DNA of 64,000 bases from the NCBI RefSeq assembly GCF_003334385.1, contig NZ_QOWN01000002.1; one strand, given 5' to 3'. The position numbers were made by a program, and so were the translations under genes. Of the stretch, positions 24,989 to 34,992 are shown in pieces. Each line of letters begins with the position of its first letter. Within the stretch, counting starts at the first letter, position 1. The DNA comes from Escherichia coli. GTDB lineage: Bacteria > Pseudomonadota > Gammaproteobacteria > Enterobacterales > Enterobacteriaceae. The notes beneath the pieces are model-generated. The model was given only the letters and a program-made list of their open reading frames with translations. It made no database searches and was not told where the DNA came from.

Positions 24989-25159
24989 TTATTCTACCTT
25001 TTCGGCTGTCTCTTCTCTCGTACTGTTTAAGTATTTGTTCCGCGCTTCAAGCAGTGCGTCTCTGTCCTGGCGAAACGCCCGACAATAACGTTTCAAATGC
25101 AGGAAATAACCCACCACAACCAGAGCAATCAATACAATCCAGTACCAGGCGATAAACAT
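24989..25159 (-). CDS. Small single-pass membrane protein, 56 aa (MFIAWYWIVLIALVVVGYFLHLKRY...)
   Basis: ATG at 25157-25159 preceded by AAGGG Shine-Dalgarno; N-terminal TM helix followed by basic residues; own terminator hairpin; not part of any listed longer gene. Confidence 0.55.
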   Translation of the reverse strand: MFIAWYWIVLIALVVVGYFLHLKRYCRAFRQDRDALLEARNKYLNSTREETAEKVE

Positions 25160-25357
25160 CCTTTTACCCTTAATATTTAACAATACTAAACATTTAGCGT
25201 ATAAATTTCACATATCCTTTTTCGGATATATTCATATGGTCGCATAATAACGGAACAATTATATGATTTTGATCATAATGAAAAAGAATGCCTGATATTA
25301 ATGAAATTTTCTCATAGAAAGAGAAGCGGAATTAACATCTTGCATAGCAGGGAAAAA

Positions 25358-25390
25358 TAAAAACCGAAGCCTGCTACAACTTCGGTTTCT
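25358..25390 (-). terminator. Rho-independent terminator downstream of ribB
   Basis: Hairpin AAACCGAAG...CTTCGGTTT with U-run in minus transcript. Confidence 0.55.
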
Positions 25391-25420
25391 TGATTAAGGC
25401 AGTAAATTAAGCAGCGGTTT

Positions 25421-26074
25421 TCAGCTGGCTTTACGCTCATGTGCCTGACGGTATGCCACCAGGTCTTCAATAGTCACGAGCGCCATATTGTGTTTATTGG
25501 CAAACTCAATACACTCTGGTGCACGCGCCATCGTGCCATCGTCATTAGTCAGCTCACACAGTACACCAGCCGGTTTAAAGCCTGCCAGCGTCATCAGATC
25601 AATAGTTGCTTCAGTATGACCGCCACGCGTCAGTACACCACCTGCCTGAGCGCGAAGTGGGAAAACGTGGCCAGGACGATTCAGATCTGACGGTTTTGCG
25701 CCATCGGCAATCGCTGCGCGAACGGTCGTAATACGGTCAGCGGCAGAAACACCGGTAGTCACACCTTCAGCTGCTTCAATGGTCACGGTAAAACCGGTGC
25801 CATAGGCGCTGGTGTTATTTTCTACCATCATTGGCAGATCGAGTTGTTTACGGCGATCTTCAGTAATGCACAGGCAAACAATACCGCTACCGTGGCGAAT
25901 GGTCAGCGCCATCTGCTCAACAGTCATGGTTTCTGCCGGGAAGATCATATCACCTTCGTTTTCACGGTCTTCATCATCAAGCACCATTACACCGCGTCCT
26001 TCACGCAGCGCAGCCAGTGCATTTTCAACACGTTCGAAAGGCGTACCAAAAGAGGAAAGTAGCGTCTGATTCAT
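25421..26074 (-). CDS. ribB: 3,4-dihydroxy-2-butanone 4-phosphate synthase
   Basis: ORF track; 217 aa. Confidence 0.96.
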   Translation of the reverse strand: MNQTLLSSFGTPFERVENALAALREGRGVMVLDDEDRENEGDMIFPAETMTVEQMALTIRHGSGIVCLCITEDRRKQLDLPMMVENNTSAYGTGFTVTIEAAEGVTTGVSAADRITTVRAAIADGAKPSDLNRPGHVFPLRAQAGGVLTRGGHTEATIDLMTLAGFKPAGVLCELTNDDGTMARAPECIEFANKHNMALVTIEDLVAYRQAHERKAS

Positions 26075-26159
26075 GGTAAAAAAACCTCACTAAAATTATG
26101 GTTACCAGAATCAGGGCAGTCTTAGGAGTGGCGGCATATAGCCAAAATAACGTGAGCGG

Positions 26160-26325
26160 GTCCATGCCCGACAGAATCGTTACTCTCTCCCATCCGGACT
26201 CTAACCGTCGGCCCCGGAATTACACCGGATCTGCTGTCCTTTGAGTTCGCACCCAAAGCGCTCGCGGGCTTTCAACTGAGTTGATTTACCGCCGGTGGGG
26301 AATTTCGCCCCGCCCTGAGAATAAG
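26160..26325 (-). promoter_or_regulatory. sroG: FMN riboswitch (RFN element) in ribB 5' leader
   Basis: Minus-strand sequence contains conserved RFN motifs (…GGGGCGAAATTCCCCACCGGCGGTAAA…GGATGGGAGAGAGTAACG…) in the ~250 nt leader upstream of ribB. Confidence 0.8.
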
Positions 26326-26447
26326 CGGATTCACTATAACGCTAATGATTAGCGGCAGCAACGCATAGCTTCACATAATTCTGGTTTATGACTTACCCTT
26401 ATCGCACTACAATGGCACTCAACACCTATCAGTACAGGGAAACTACA

Positions 26448-26738
26448 ATGATTGACCCGAAAAAAATTGAGCAAATCGCTCGCCAGGTTCACGAATCAAT
26501 GCCTAAAGGAATCAGGGAGTTCGGGGAAGATGTGGAGAAAAAAATCCGCCAAACCCTACAAGCGCAGCTGACGCGCCTCGACCTTGTAAGCCGTGAAGAG
26601 TTCGACGTCCAAACGCAAGTCCTGTTACGGACTCGTGAAAAACTGGCGCTGCTTGAACAAAGAATCAGCGAACTGGAAAATCGCAGTACTGAGATCAAAA
26701 AGCAGCCAGATCCAGAGACTCTCCCCCCAACGCTGTAA
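26448..26738 (+). CDS. ubiK: Ubiquinone biosynthesis accessory factor UbiK (YqiC); start trimmed to [11 protein letters not shown]
   Basis: ORF track frame; ATG at 26448; 96 aa coiled-coil protein. Confidence 0.88.
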
Positions 26739-27021
26739 ACATTCGTCTTTAATGCACTGTAAATTATGAATTAATCCTCTAATTTATAGTGCTTTCTATT
26801 ACCTTATCGCGTAATCCCATTCAGAAAACCATCACAAAAATGAATGAGTACAATTGAAAGTATAATTGCAATGTATTTTTTAAGTTTTACTTAATCGATA
26901 TTTAGATAAACTAATTTTATAAAAAACACAAAATAAAATATCATATTTCAATGATTAGTAGTCCTTAAATAACAGTTACTAATCATTCTCTTTTCTACTT
27001 ATCTTTATATAAAGGAATATT

Positions 27022-27573
27022 ATGTCCGCTTTTAAAAAGTCACTTCTTGTTGCTGGCGTAGCAATGATTCTTTCCAATAACGTGTTTGCTGATGAAGGTC
27101 ACGGTATTGTTAAATTTAAAGGTGAAGTTATCTCTGCTCCATGTTCTATTAAACCAGGTGACGAAGATTTAACTGTAAATCTGGGTGAAGTAGCAGATAC
27201 CGTACTGAAAAGCGATCAGAAATCTTTGGCTGAACCTTTCACTATTCACCTGCAGGATTGCATGCTGAGTCAGGGTGGAACTACTTATTCAAAAGCGAAG
27301 GTTACTTTCACTACAGCAAATACCATGACGGGTCAGTCTGATCTTCTGAAAAATACCAAAGAAACTGAAATCGGCGGCGCCACTGGCGTTGGCGTACGTA
27401 TTATGGACAGCCAGAGCGGCGAAGTAACTTTAGGTACTCCGGTAGTAATTACGTTCAACAATACCAACAGCTATCAGGAACTGAATTTCAAAGCTCGTAT
27501 GGAATCCCCAAGCAAAGATGCCACCCCGGGCAACGTTTACGCTCAGGCTGACTACAAGATTGCTTACGAGTAA
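27022..27573 (+). CDS. ygiL: Fimbrial major subunit (chaperone-usher pilin)
   Basis: ORF track; signal peptide; 183 aa; C-terminal beta-strand pilin motif. Confidence 0.85.
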   Translation: MSAFKKSLLVAGVAMILSNNVFADEGHGIVKFKGEVISAPCSIKPGDEDLTVNLGEVADTVLKSDQKSLAEPFTIHLQDCMLSQGGTTYSKAKVTFTTANTMTGQSDLLKNTKETEIGGATGVGVRIMDSQSGEVTLGTPVVITFNNTNSYQELNFKARMESPSKDATPGNVYAQADYKIAYE

Positions 27574-27623
27574 TCGCATTTGGCCGGGTTCGCCCGGCCA
27601 CATCATTAACGGATTAATGATAA

Positions 27624-30137
27624 GTGGATCAGATGTATAAAAAATTAAAATTAACCACAATAAGCGAATTGATTAAAAATATTTATTGTTCATTATCCGT
27701 TATCATCATTGGTTGTGCGTCAGCTTATGCCGTTGAATTCAACAAAGATTTAATCGAAGCCGAAGATCGTGAAAACGTTAACCTTTCCCAATTTGAAACT
27801 GATGGCCAATTACCCGTCGGCAAATATTCACTAAGCACTCTGATTAATAATAAGAGGACGCCAATCCACCTTGACCTCCAATGGGTATTAATTGATAACC
27901 AAACTGCAGTTTGCGTGACACCAGAGCAATTAACATTATTAGGATTTACTGATGAATTTATTGAAAAAACTCAGCAAAACCTGATCGATGGTTGTTACCC
28001 TATCGAAAAAGAAAAACAAATTACAACTTATCTCGATAAAGGGAAAATGCAATTATCCATATCTGCACCTCAGGCATGGTTAAAATACAAAGATGCAAAC
28101 TGGACGCCTCCTGAACTTTGGAATCATGGTATTGCTGGGGCATTTCTTGACTACAATTTATATGCCTCTCATTATGCACCACATCAGGGCGATAATTCGC
28201 AAAATATAAGTTCCTATGGGCAGGCTGGGGTTAATCTTGGGGCCTGGCGCCTGCGTACTGATTACCAGTACGATCAGTCATTTAACAATGGCAAAAGCCA
28301 GGCGACCAACCTGGATTTTCCGCGTATTTATTTGTTTCGCCCAATCCCAGCAATGAATGCAAAACTAACTATAGGTCAATACGATACTGAATCCTCTATT
28401 TTCGACTCTTTCCATTTTTCTGGCATTTCGTTGAAAAGCGATGAGAATATGTTACCGCCAGACCTACGTGGTTACGCACCGCAAATCACGGGTGTCGCAC
28501 AAACGAATGCAAAGGTCACTGTCTCACAGAACAACCGTATTATTTATCAAGAAAATGTTCCTCCAGGCCCATTTGCTATTACCAATTTATTCAATACATT
28601 ACAGGGGCAACTTGACGTCAAGGTTGAAGAAGAGGACGGACGCGTTACGCAATGGCAAGTTGCATCTAATAGTATTCCTTATCTGACGCGTAAAGGGCAG
28701 ATTCGCTACACCACTGCTATGGGTAAACCGACCAGCGTTGGTGGTGATTCCTTACAACAACCCTTCTTCTGGACTGGTGAATTCTCATGGGGTTGGCTGA
28801 ACAATGTATCCCTGTATGGTGGTTCAGTTTTAACAAACCGTGATTATCAATCTCTGGCTGCCGGCGTTGGTTTTAACCTTAACTCATTAGGTTCATTATC
28901 TTTTGATGTCACACGATCTGATGCTCAGTTGCATAATCAGGATAAAGAAACGGGTTATAGCTACCGCGCTAACTATTCAAAACGTTTTGAATCTACCGGT
29001 AGCCAACTCACTTTCGCTGGTTACCGTTTCTCTGATAAAAACTTTGTGACAATGAATGAATATATCAATGACACTAACCATTACACGAATTATCAGAATG
29101 AAAAAGAGAGTTATATTGTCACGTTTAACCAGTATCTTGAATCATTAAGGTTAAATACATACGTAAGTTTGGCTCGTAATACTTACTGGGACGCCAGCAG
29201 TAATGTGAATTATTCATTATCACTTAGCCGCGATTTTGATATCGGGCCATTAAAAAACGTCTCCACTTCTCTAACATTTAGCCGAATAAACTGGGAAGAA
29301 GACAACCAGGATCAACTGTACCTAAATATTTCGATTCCCTGGGGAACTAGTAGAACATTGAGCTATGGTATGCAACGAAATCAGGATAATGAGATTTCGC
29401 ATACTGCTTCGTGGTATGACTCTTCCGATCGAAATAATTCCTGGAGCGTTTCTGCTTCAGGCGACAATGATGAATTCAAAGATATGAAAGCGTCACTACG
29501 CGCCAGTTATCAGCATAATACCGAGAACGGTCGACTCTACCTCTCCGGTACATCACAGCGAGACAGTTATTATTCTCTGAATGCCAGTTGGAATGGTTCA
29601 TTCACTGCGACTCGCCACGGTGCCGCTTTCCACGACTATAGCGGTAGTGCTGACTCGCGTTTTATGATCGACGCAGACGGCACTGAAGATATTCCGTTGA
29701 ACAATAAACGCGCGGTAACTAATCGGTATGGCATCGGAGTTATTCCATCAGTCAGCAGTTACATAACAACATCATTAAGTGTTGATACCCGAAATCTGCC
29801 AGAAAATGTGGATATCGAAAACTCGGTTATCACCACCACCTTAACCGAGGGTGCTATTGGCTACGCCAAACTTGATACCCGCAAGGGCTACCAAATCATA
29901 GGGGTTATTCGCCTGGCAGATGGTAGTCATCCACCACTGGGGATTAGCGTAAAAGATGAAACCAGCCACAAAGAATTAGGACTGGTTGCTGATGGCGGCT
30001 TTGTATACCTCAACGGCATTCAGGATGATAACAAACTTGCTTTACGCTGGGGTGACAAATCTTGTTTTATTCAACCACCCAATAGCAGCAACTTAACCAC
30101 CGGAACGGCTATTTTACCGTGTATTAGCCAAAATTAA
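27624..30137 (+). CDS. yqiG: Fimbrial outer membrane usher, apparently intact (837 aa)
   Basis: ORF track; single uninterrupted ORF of usher size; no insertion sequence between ygiL and yqiG. Confidence 0.85.
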   Translation: MDQMYKKLKLTTISELIKNIYCSLSVIIIGCASAYAVEFNKDLIEAEDRENVNLSQFETDGQLPVGKYSLSTLINNKRTPIHLDLQWVLIDNQTAVCVTPEQLTLLGFTDEFIEKTQQNLIDGCYPIEKEKQITTYLDKGKMQLSISAPQAWLKYKDANWTPPELWNHGIAGAFLDYNLYASHYAPHQGDNSQNISSYGQAGVNLGAWRLRTDYQYDQSFNNGKSQATNLDFPRIYLFRPIPAMNAKLTIGQYDTESSIFDSFHFSGISLKSDENMLPPDLRGYAPQITGVAQTNAKVTVSQNNRIIYQENVPPGPFAITNLFNTLQGQLDVKVEEEDGRVTQWQVASNSIPYLTRKGQIRYTTAMGKPTSVGGDSLQQPFFWTGEFSWGWLNNVSLYGGSVLTNRDYQSLAAGVGFNLNSLGSLSFDVTRSDAQLHNQDKETGYSYRANYSKRFESTGSQLTFAGYRFSDKNFVTMNEYINDTNHYTNYQNEKESYIVTFNQYLESLRLNTYVSLARNTYWDASSNVNYSLSLSRDFDIGPLKNVSTSLTFSRINWEEDNQDQLYLNISIPWGTSRTLSYGMQRNQDNEISHTASWYDSSDRNNSWSVSASGDNDEFKDMKASLRASYQHNTENGRLYLSGTSQRDSYYSLNASWNGSFTATRHGAAFHDYSGSADSRFMIDADGTEDIPLNNKRAVTNRYGIGVIPSVSSYITTSLSVDTRNLPENVDIENSVITTTLTEGAIGYAKLDTRKGYQIIGVIRLADGSHPPLGISVKDETSHKELGLVADGGFVYLNGIQDDNKLALRWGDKSCFIQPPNSSNLTTGTAILPCISQN

Positions 30138-30152
30138 TTCAGGATGAAACTA

Positions 30153-30902
30153 ATGCGCTACTTAAATACAAAGAATATCATTGCAGCAGGAGTATTACTC
30201 TCCTGTATGAGCAGCATTGCCTGGGGTGCCATCATCCCGGATCGTACCCGTATCATAATGAATGAGTCAGATAAAGGCGAAGCATTAAAACTTACTAATC
30301 AAAGTAAAAACCTGCCCTATCTGGCCCAAACATGGATAGAAGATACGAAAGGCAATAAATCGCGTGACTTTATTGTCACTGTTCCTCCAATGGTGCGTTT
30401 AAATCCCAGTGAGCAAATTCAAATAAGAATGATAACTCAGGAAAAAATTGCTCAACTTCCTAAAGACAGAGAAACGCTCTTCTATTTTAACGTGCGAGAA
30501 ATACCGCCCAAAACAGATAAAAAAAATGTGATGCAAGTCACTATGCAGCACGCATTGAAACTATTCTGGCGGCCAAAAGCCATTGAATTAGAAGACGATG
30601 GGGTAATGACTTACGAAAAAGTTGAAATCATTCGTAGAAATGACGGTTCGATCCGCTTTAACAATAAGATGCCTTATCACGTTACGCTGGGTTATATCGG
30701 AACAAATGGGGTAACGATGTTACCACAAACGCAAAGCTTAATGGTAACCCCTTTTAGCTATGCAAATACGCAGTTTAAAAATGTTCCGTCAACTTTTCAG
30801 GTGGGTTATATCAATGACTTTGGTGGATTAAGTTTTTATGAAATAAACTGCCCTGTAGTAAATAACATTTGTAATATTTCTGTAGCCAACCGAGATCAAT
30901 AA
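30153..30902 (+). CDS. yqiH: Periplasmic fimbrial chaperone (PapD-like); start trimmed to MRYLNTK
   Basis: ORF track frame; signal peptide; chaperone size (~249 aa). Confidence 0.85.
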   Translation: MRYLNTKNIIAAGVLLSCMSSIAWGAIIPDRTRIIMNESDKGEALKLTNQSKNLPYLAQTWIEDTKGNKSRDFIVTVPPMVRLNPSEQIQIRMITQEKIAQLPKDRETLFYFNVREIPPKTDKKNVMQVTMQHALKLFWRPKAIELEDDGVMTYEKVEIIRRNDGSIRFNNKMPYHVTLGYIGTNGVTMLPQTQSLMVTPFSYANTQFKNVPSTFQVGYINDFGGLSFYEINCPVVNNICNISVANRDQ

Positions 30903-30903
30903 T

Positions 30904-31968
30904 ATGCGCTACTTGTTAATTGTTATTACTTTTTTTATGGGTTTTAGTTCATTACCTGCATGGGCAATGGACTGCTATGCTGAACATGAAGGTGGAAATA
31001 CCGTTGTCATTGGTTACGTACCAAGAATCTCTATCCCCAGCGATGGTAAAAAAGGTGATAAAATCTGGCAAAGCAGTGAATATTTTATGAATGTTTTCTG
31101 TAATAATGCACTACCAGGCCCATCTCCAGGAGAAGAATACCCATCTGCATGGGCAAATATAATGATGTTGTTAGCATCAGGTCAAGACTTTTATAATCAA
31201 AACTCTTATACTTTCGGTGTAACTTATAATGGGGTTGATTATGATTCTACATCTCCACTACCTATTGCAGCACCTGTATGTATTGATATAAAAGGAGCCG
31301 GAACCTTCGGGAATGGCTACAAAAAGCCCGCAGTCTGTAGTGGCGGTCCTGAACCGCAATTATCAGTAACTTTTCCAGTACGAGTGCAGCTATATATTAA
31401 GCTAGCTAAAAATGCCAATAAAGTAAATAAAAAACTTGTATTACCTGACGAATATATAGCACTTGAATTTAAAGGTATGAGCGGAGCAGGTGCTATAGAA
31501 GTAGATAAAAATCTGACCTTCAGGATTCGCGGATTAAATAACATTCATGTCCTTGACTGCTTTGTTAATGTTGATCTGGAACCAGCTGATGGCGTTGTCG
31601 ACTTTGGTAAAATAAATTCCCGAACAATTAAAAATACCAGCGTGAGTGAGACGTTTAGCGTAGTCATGACCAAAGATCCGGGTGCGGCCTGTACTGAGCA
31701 GTTTAATATTTTAGGGAGTTTTTTCACTACGGATATTTTGAGTGATTATAGCCATCTGGATATAGGTAATGGTCTGCTATTGAAGATATTTCATAACGAT
31801 GGAACAGCAACGGAATTTAACCGCTTCTCACAATTTGCTTCTTTTTCATCGTCTAGTGCGCCTTCGGTCACCGCACCATTCAGGGCAGAACTGAGTGCGA
31901 ACCCGGCAGAAACGGTTGTTGAGGGACCGTTTAGTAAAGACGTAATCCTGAAAATCACCTATAACTAG
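30904..31968 (+). CDS. yqiI: Fimbrial tip adhesin-like protein
   Basis: ORF track; 354 aa; signal peptide; last gene of operon. Confidence 0.8.
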   Translation: MRYLLIVITFFMGFSSLPAWAMDCYAEHEGGNTVVIGYVPRISIPSDGKKGDKIWQSSEYFMNVFCNNALPGPSPGEEYPSAWANIMMLLASGQDFYNQNSYTFGVTYNGVDYDSTSPLPIAAPVCIDIKGAGTFGNGYKKPAVCSGGPEPQLSVTFPVRVQLYIKLAKNANKVNKKLVLPDEYIALEFKGMSGAGAIEVDKNLTFRIRGLNNIHVLDCFVNVDLEPADGVVDFGKINSRTIKNTSVSETFSVVMTKDPGAACTEQFNILGSFFTTDILSDYSHLDIGNGLLLKIFHNDGTATEFNRFSQFASFSSSSAPSVTAPFRAELSANPAETVVEGPFSKDVILKITYN

Positions 31969-31985
31969 TATCTAATACAAACACT

Positions 31986-32008
31986 AAAACGGGCCATCAG
32001 GCCCGTTA
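31986..32008 (-). terminator. Hairpin AACGGGCC-atca-GGCCCGTT between convergent yqiI and glgS
   Basis: 8-bp inverted repeat with 4-nt loop immediately 3' of glgS stop. Confidence 0.45.
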
Positions 32009-32010
32009 TA

Positions 32011-32211
32011 TCAGTGCTCTAACTCCAGCTCTCTTGCCTGCATCATCTGTTGACAATACCAGGCATAACGTGCGCAAAACCAGGTTCTATGTTCTTCATC
32101 CATGTTACCAGTAACGGCCAGAATATCGACCGGGCGACCTTCTGCGTGCATTCTGGCAAAACTACGCGCCAGGAAATCGAAATTATTTAAAGAATTAAGA
32201 CTATGATCCAT
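32011..32211 (-). CDS. glgS: Surface composition regulator GlgS (66 aa); start trimmed to [10 protein letters not shown]
   Basis: ORF track frame; characteristic GlgS sequence. Confidence 0.9.
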
Positions 32212-32479
32212 AAGCACATCCTCCGGTTATCGCATACCTTTTAAGGCCATATGCTTTTTCTGATTTCAGTATTCCCCAATCAGTGTAGTGCCTTTAAACA
32301 TAACGTGCGTAAATATATTGTCCCCGATCACACTTTTTAGTGAAAAATAAAAAACCATATTAAAAGACTTTCTCTTCCAGAACTTCTCTAACCTGTGTTA
32401 TTATTAACACAGTTAAATGTAAGCAAGGAAACTATTACAAAGTAAATATTGCGTCACTAAATGGACATTGGAGTGATAT

Positions 32480-33109
32480 ATGATTTTATTCGCCGACTAT
32501 AACACCCCTTATCTTTTCGCTATTTCCTTTGTACTGTTGATCGGCCTGTTAGAAATTTTTGCGCTTATCTGCGGTCACATGCTCTCCGGTGCTCTTGATG
32601 CACATCTTGACCATTATGATTCTATAACCACAGGTCATATTAGCCAGGCACTTCATTATCTCAATATTGGAAGATTGCCAGCTCTCGTCGTTCTCTGCTT
32701 ACTGGCTGGTTTTTTTGGTCTTATTGGCATCCTGTTGCAGCATGCCTGCATCATGGTCTGGCAATCACCACTGTCGAACCTGTTCGTGGTTCCTGTCAGT
32801 TTACTGTTTACGATTATTGCGGTGCATTATACCGGTAAAATAGTTGCGCCCTGGATTCCACGCGACCATAGTTCAGCTATTACAGAAGAAGAATATATTG
32901 GTAGCATGGCGTTAATTACCGGTCATCAAGCCACTTCAGGTAATCCCTGCGAAGGAAAACTCACCGATCAATTTGGCCAAATACATTATTTACTACTGGA
33001 GCCTGAAGAAGGAAAAATTTTCACTAAAGGAGACAAAGTGTTAATTATTTGCCGACTTTCTGCAACGCGATATTTGGCGGAAAATAATCCCTGGCCCCAA
33101 ATATTGTAA
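32480..33109 (+). CDS. yqiJ: NfeD-like inner membrane protein
   Basis: ORF track; 209 aa; TM helices + C-terminal OB-fold region. Confidence 0.85.
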
Positions 33110-33135
33110 TTTATTAATCAAAAGGAAATTTAATA

Positions 33136-34797
33136 ATGGATGATATTGTTAATTCTGTGCCCTCCTGGATGTTTACCGCAATTATTGCCGTATGCATTCT
33201 GTTTATTATTGGAATTATTTTCGCCAGGCTCTATCGTCGCGCTTCGGCAGAGCAAGCTTTTGTTCGTACTGGTTTAGGTGGGCAAAAAGTGGTAATGAGC
33301 GGTGGCGCAATCGTGATGCCGATCTTTCATGAAATAATCCCCATCAATATGAATACTCTGAAGCTGGAAGTCAGCCGCTCAACCATTGATAGCCTGATTA
33401 CGAAAGATCGTATGCGCGTCGATGTAGTAGTCGCTTTCTTTGTGCGGGTAAAACCTTCAGTAGAAGGGATTGCCACCGCTGCCCAGACGCTGGGGCAACG
33501 CACCCTGTCGCCTGAAGACTTACGTATGTTGGTTGAAGATAAATTTGTCGATGCCCTCCGTGCAACAGCTGCGCAAATGACCATGCATGAGTTACAGGAT
33601 ACCCGCGAGAACTTTGTGCAGGGGGTGCAAAATACAGTGGCAGAAGACCTGTCGAAAAACGGTCTGGAACTGGAGAGCGTTTCACTTACCAACTTTAACC
33701 AGACCTCGAAAGAACATTTCAATCCGAACAATGCCTTTGACGCCGAAGGTTTAACCAAACTGACTCAGGAAACAGAGCGCCGTCGCCGCGAACGTAACGA
33801 AGTTGAACAGGATGTAGAAGTTGCGGTGCGTGAAAAAAATCGCGATGCGCTATCGCGCAAGCTGGAGATTGAACAGCAAGAAGCGTTTATGACGCTTGAG
33901 CAGGAGCAGCAGGTTAAAACCCGTACTGCCGAACAGAATGCACGTATTGCGGCTTTTGAAGCTGAACGTCGTCGTGAAGCAGAGCAGACACGAATTCTGG
34001 CTGAACGACAGATTCAGGAAACAGAAATCGACCGCGAACAGGCCGTCCGCTCAAGAAAGGTTGAAGCTGAACGTGAAGTTCGCATTAAAGAGATCGAACA
34101 GCAGCAGGTCACCGAAATCGCTAACCAGACGAAATCGATCGCTATTGCCGCCAAATCGGAACAACAGTCCCAGGCAGAAGCGCGTGCTAATCTCGCACTT
34201 GCAGAAGCGGTAAGCGCCCAACAAAACGTAGAAACCACTCGCCAGACTGCCGAAGCCGATCGTGCTAAACAAGTTGCCCTAATCGCTGCCGCGCAGGATG
34301 CAGAAACCAAAGCGGTTGAACTGACCGTGCGGGCGAAAGCAGAAAAAGAAGCCGCAGAGATGCAGGCGGCGGCTATCGTTGAGTTAGCCGAAGCTACACG
34401 TAAAAAGGGTCTGGCGGAAGCAGAAGCACAACGTGCGCTGAACGATGCTATCAACGTACTTTCTGATGAACAAACCAGCCTTAAATTCAAACTGGCCTTG
34501 TTGCAGGCGCTGCCTGCGGTAATAGAGAAATCCGTTGAGCCGATGAAGTCAATCGACGGTATCAAGATTATTCAGGTCGATGGTCTGAATCGTGGCGGCG
34601 CTGCGGGTGATGCAAACACGGGTAATGTGGGGGGCGGAAACCTGGCGGAACAAGCATTATCAGCCGCTCTCTCTTACCGCACACAGGCACCGCTGATTGA
34701 CTCCTTGCTCAATGAAATTGGCGTTTCAGGCGGCTCACTGGCGGCATTGACTTCACCCTTAACCTCAACAACTCCCGTCGAAGAAAAAGCAGAGTAA
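33136..34797 (+). CDS. yqiK: Flotillin-like SPFH/band-7 domain protein with long Ala/Glu/Gln-rich coiled coil
   Basis: ORF track; 553 aa; N-terminal TM, SPFH domain, repetitive coiled-coil. Confidence 0.88.
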   Translation: MDDIVNSVPSWMFTAIIAVCILFIIGIIFARLYRRASAEQAFVRTGLGGQKVVMSGGAIVMPIFHEIIPINMNTLKLEVSRSTIDSLITKDRMRVDVVVAFFVRVKPSVEGIATAAQTLGQRTLSPEDLRMLVEDKFVDALRATAAQMTMHELQDTRENFVQGVQNTVAEDLSKNGLELESVSLTNFNQTSKEHFNPNNAFDAEGLTKLTQETERRRRERNEVEQDVEVAVREKNRDALSRKLEIEQQEAFMTLEQEQQVKTRTAEQNARIAAFEAERRREAEQTRILAERQIQETEIDREQAVRSRKVEAEREVRIKEIEQQQVTEIANQTKSIAIAAKSEQQSQAEARANLALAEAVSAQQNVETTRQTAEADRAKQVALIAAAQDAETKAVELTVRAKAEKEAAEMQAAAIVELAEATRKKGLAEAEAQRALNDAINVLSDEQTSLKFKLALLQALPAVIEKSVEPMKSIDGIKIIQVDGLNRGGAAGDANTGNVGGGNLAEQALSAALSYRTQAPLIDSLLNEIGVSGGSLAALTSPLTSTTPVEEKAE

Positions 34798-34992
34798 ACC
34801 CTCTTCCAGGAATAATCCCTGGCCCAAAAAGCCGGGGATTTTTTATATCTGCGTTCCGCTAAAAAGTGCAAATGATCAGGTTGTTGCAGCATTTTGCGTG
34901 ACGGCTCGGGGAAGGCAAAACTGCATCAGAGAAAGCATTGCGTGGGGTCTGGCGCTCATCAACAATCGGGGAGTCAGCAGGGGGCTGAAACG

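Noticed and set aside
32393-32412. LexA box (SOS operator) interpretation of CTGTGTT...AACACAG
   Set aside because: CTGT and ACAG are 12 bp apart, not the 8 bp of the LexA consensus
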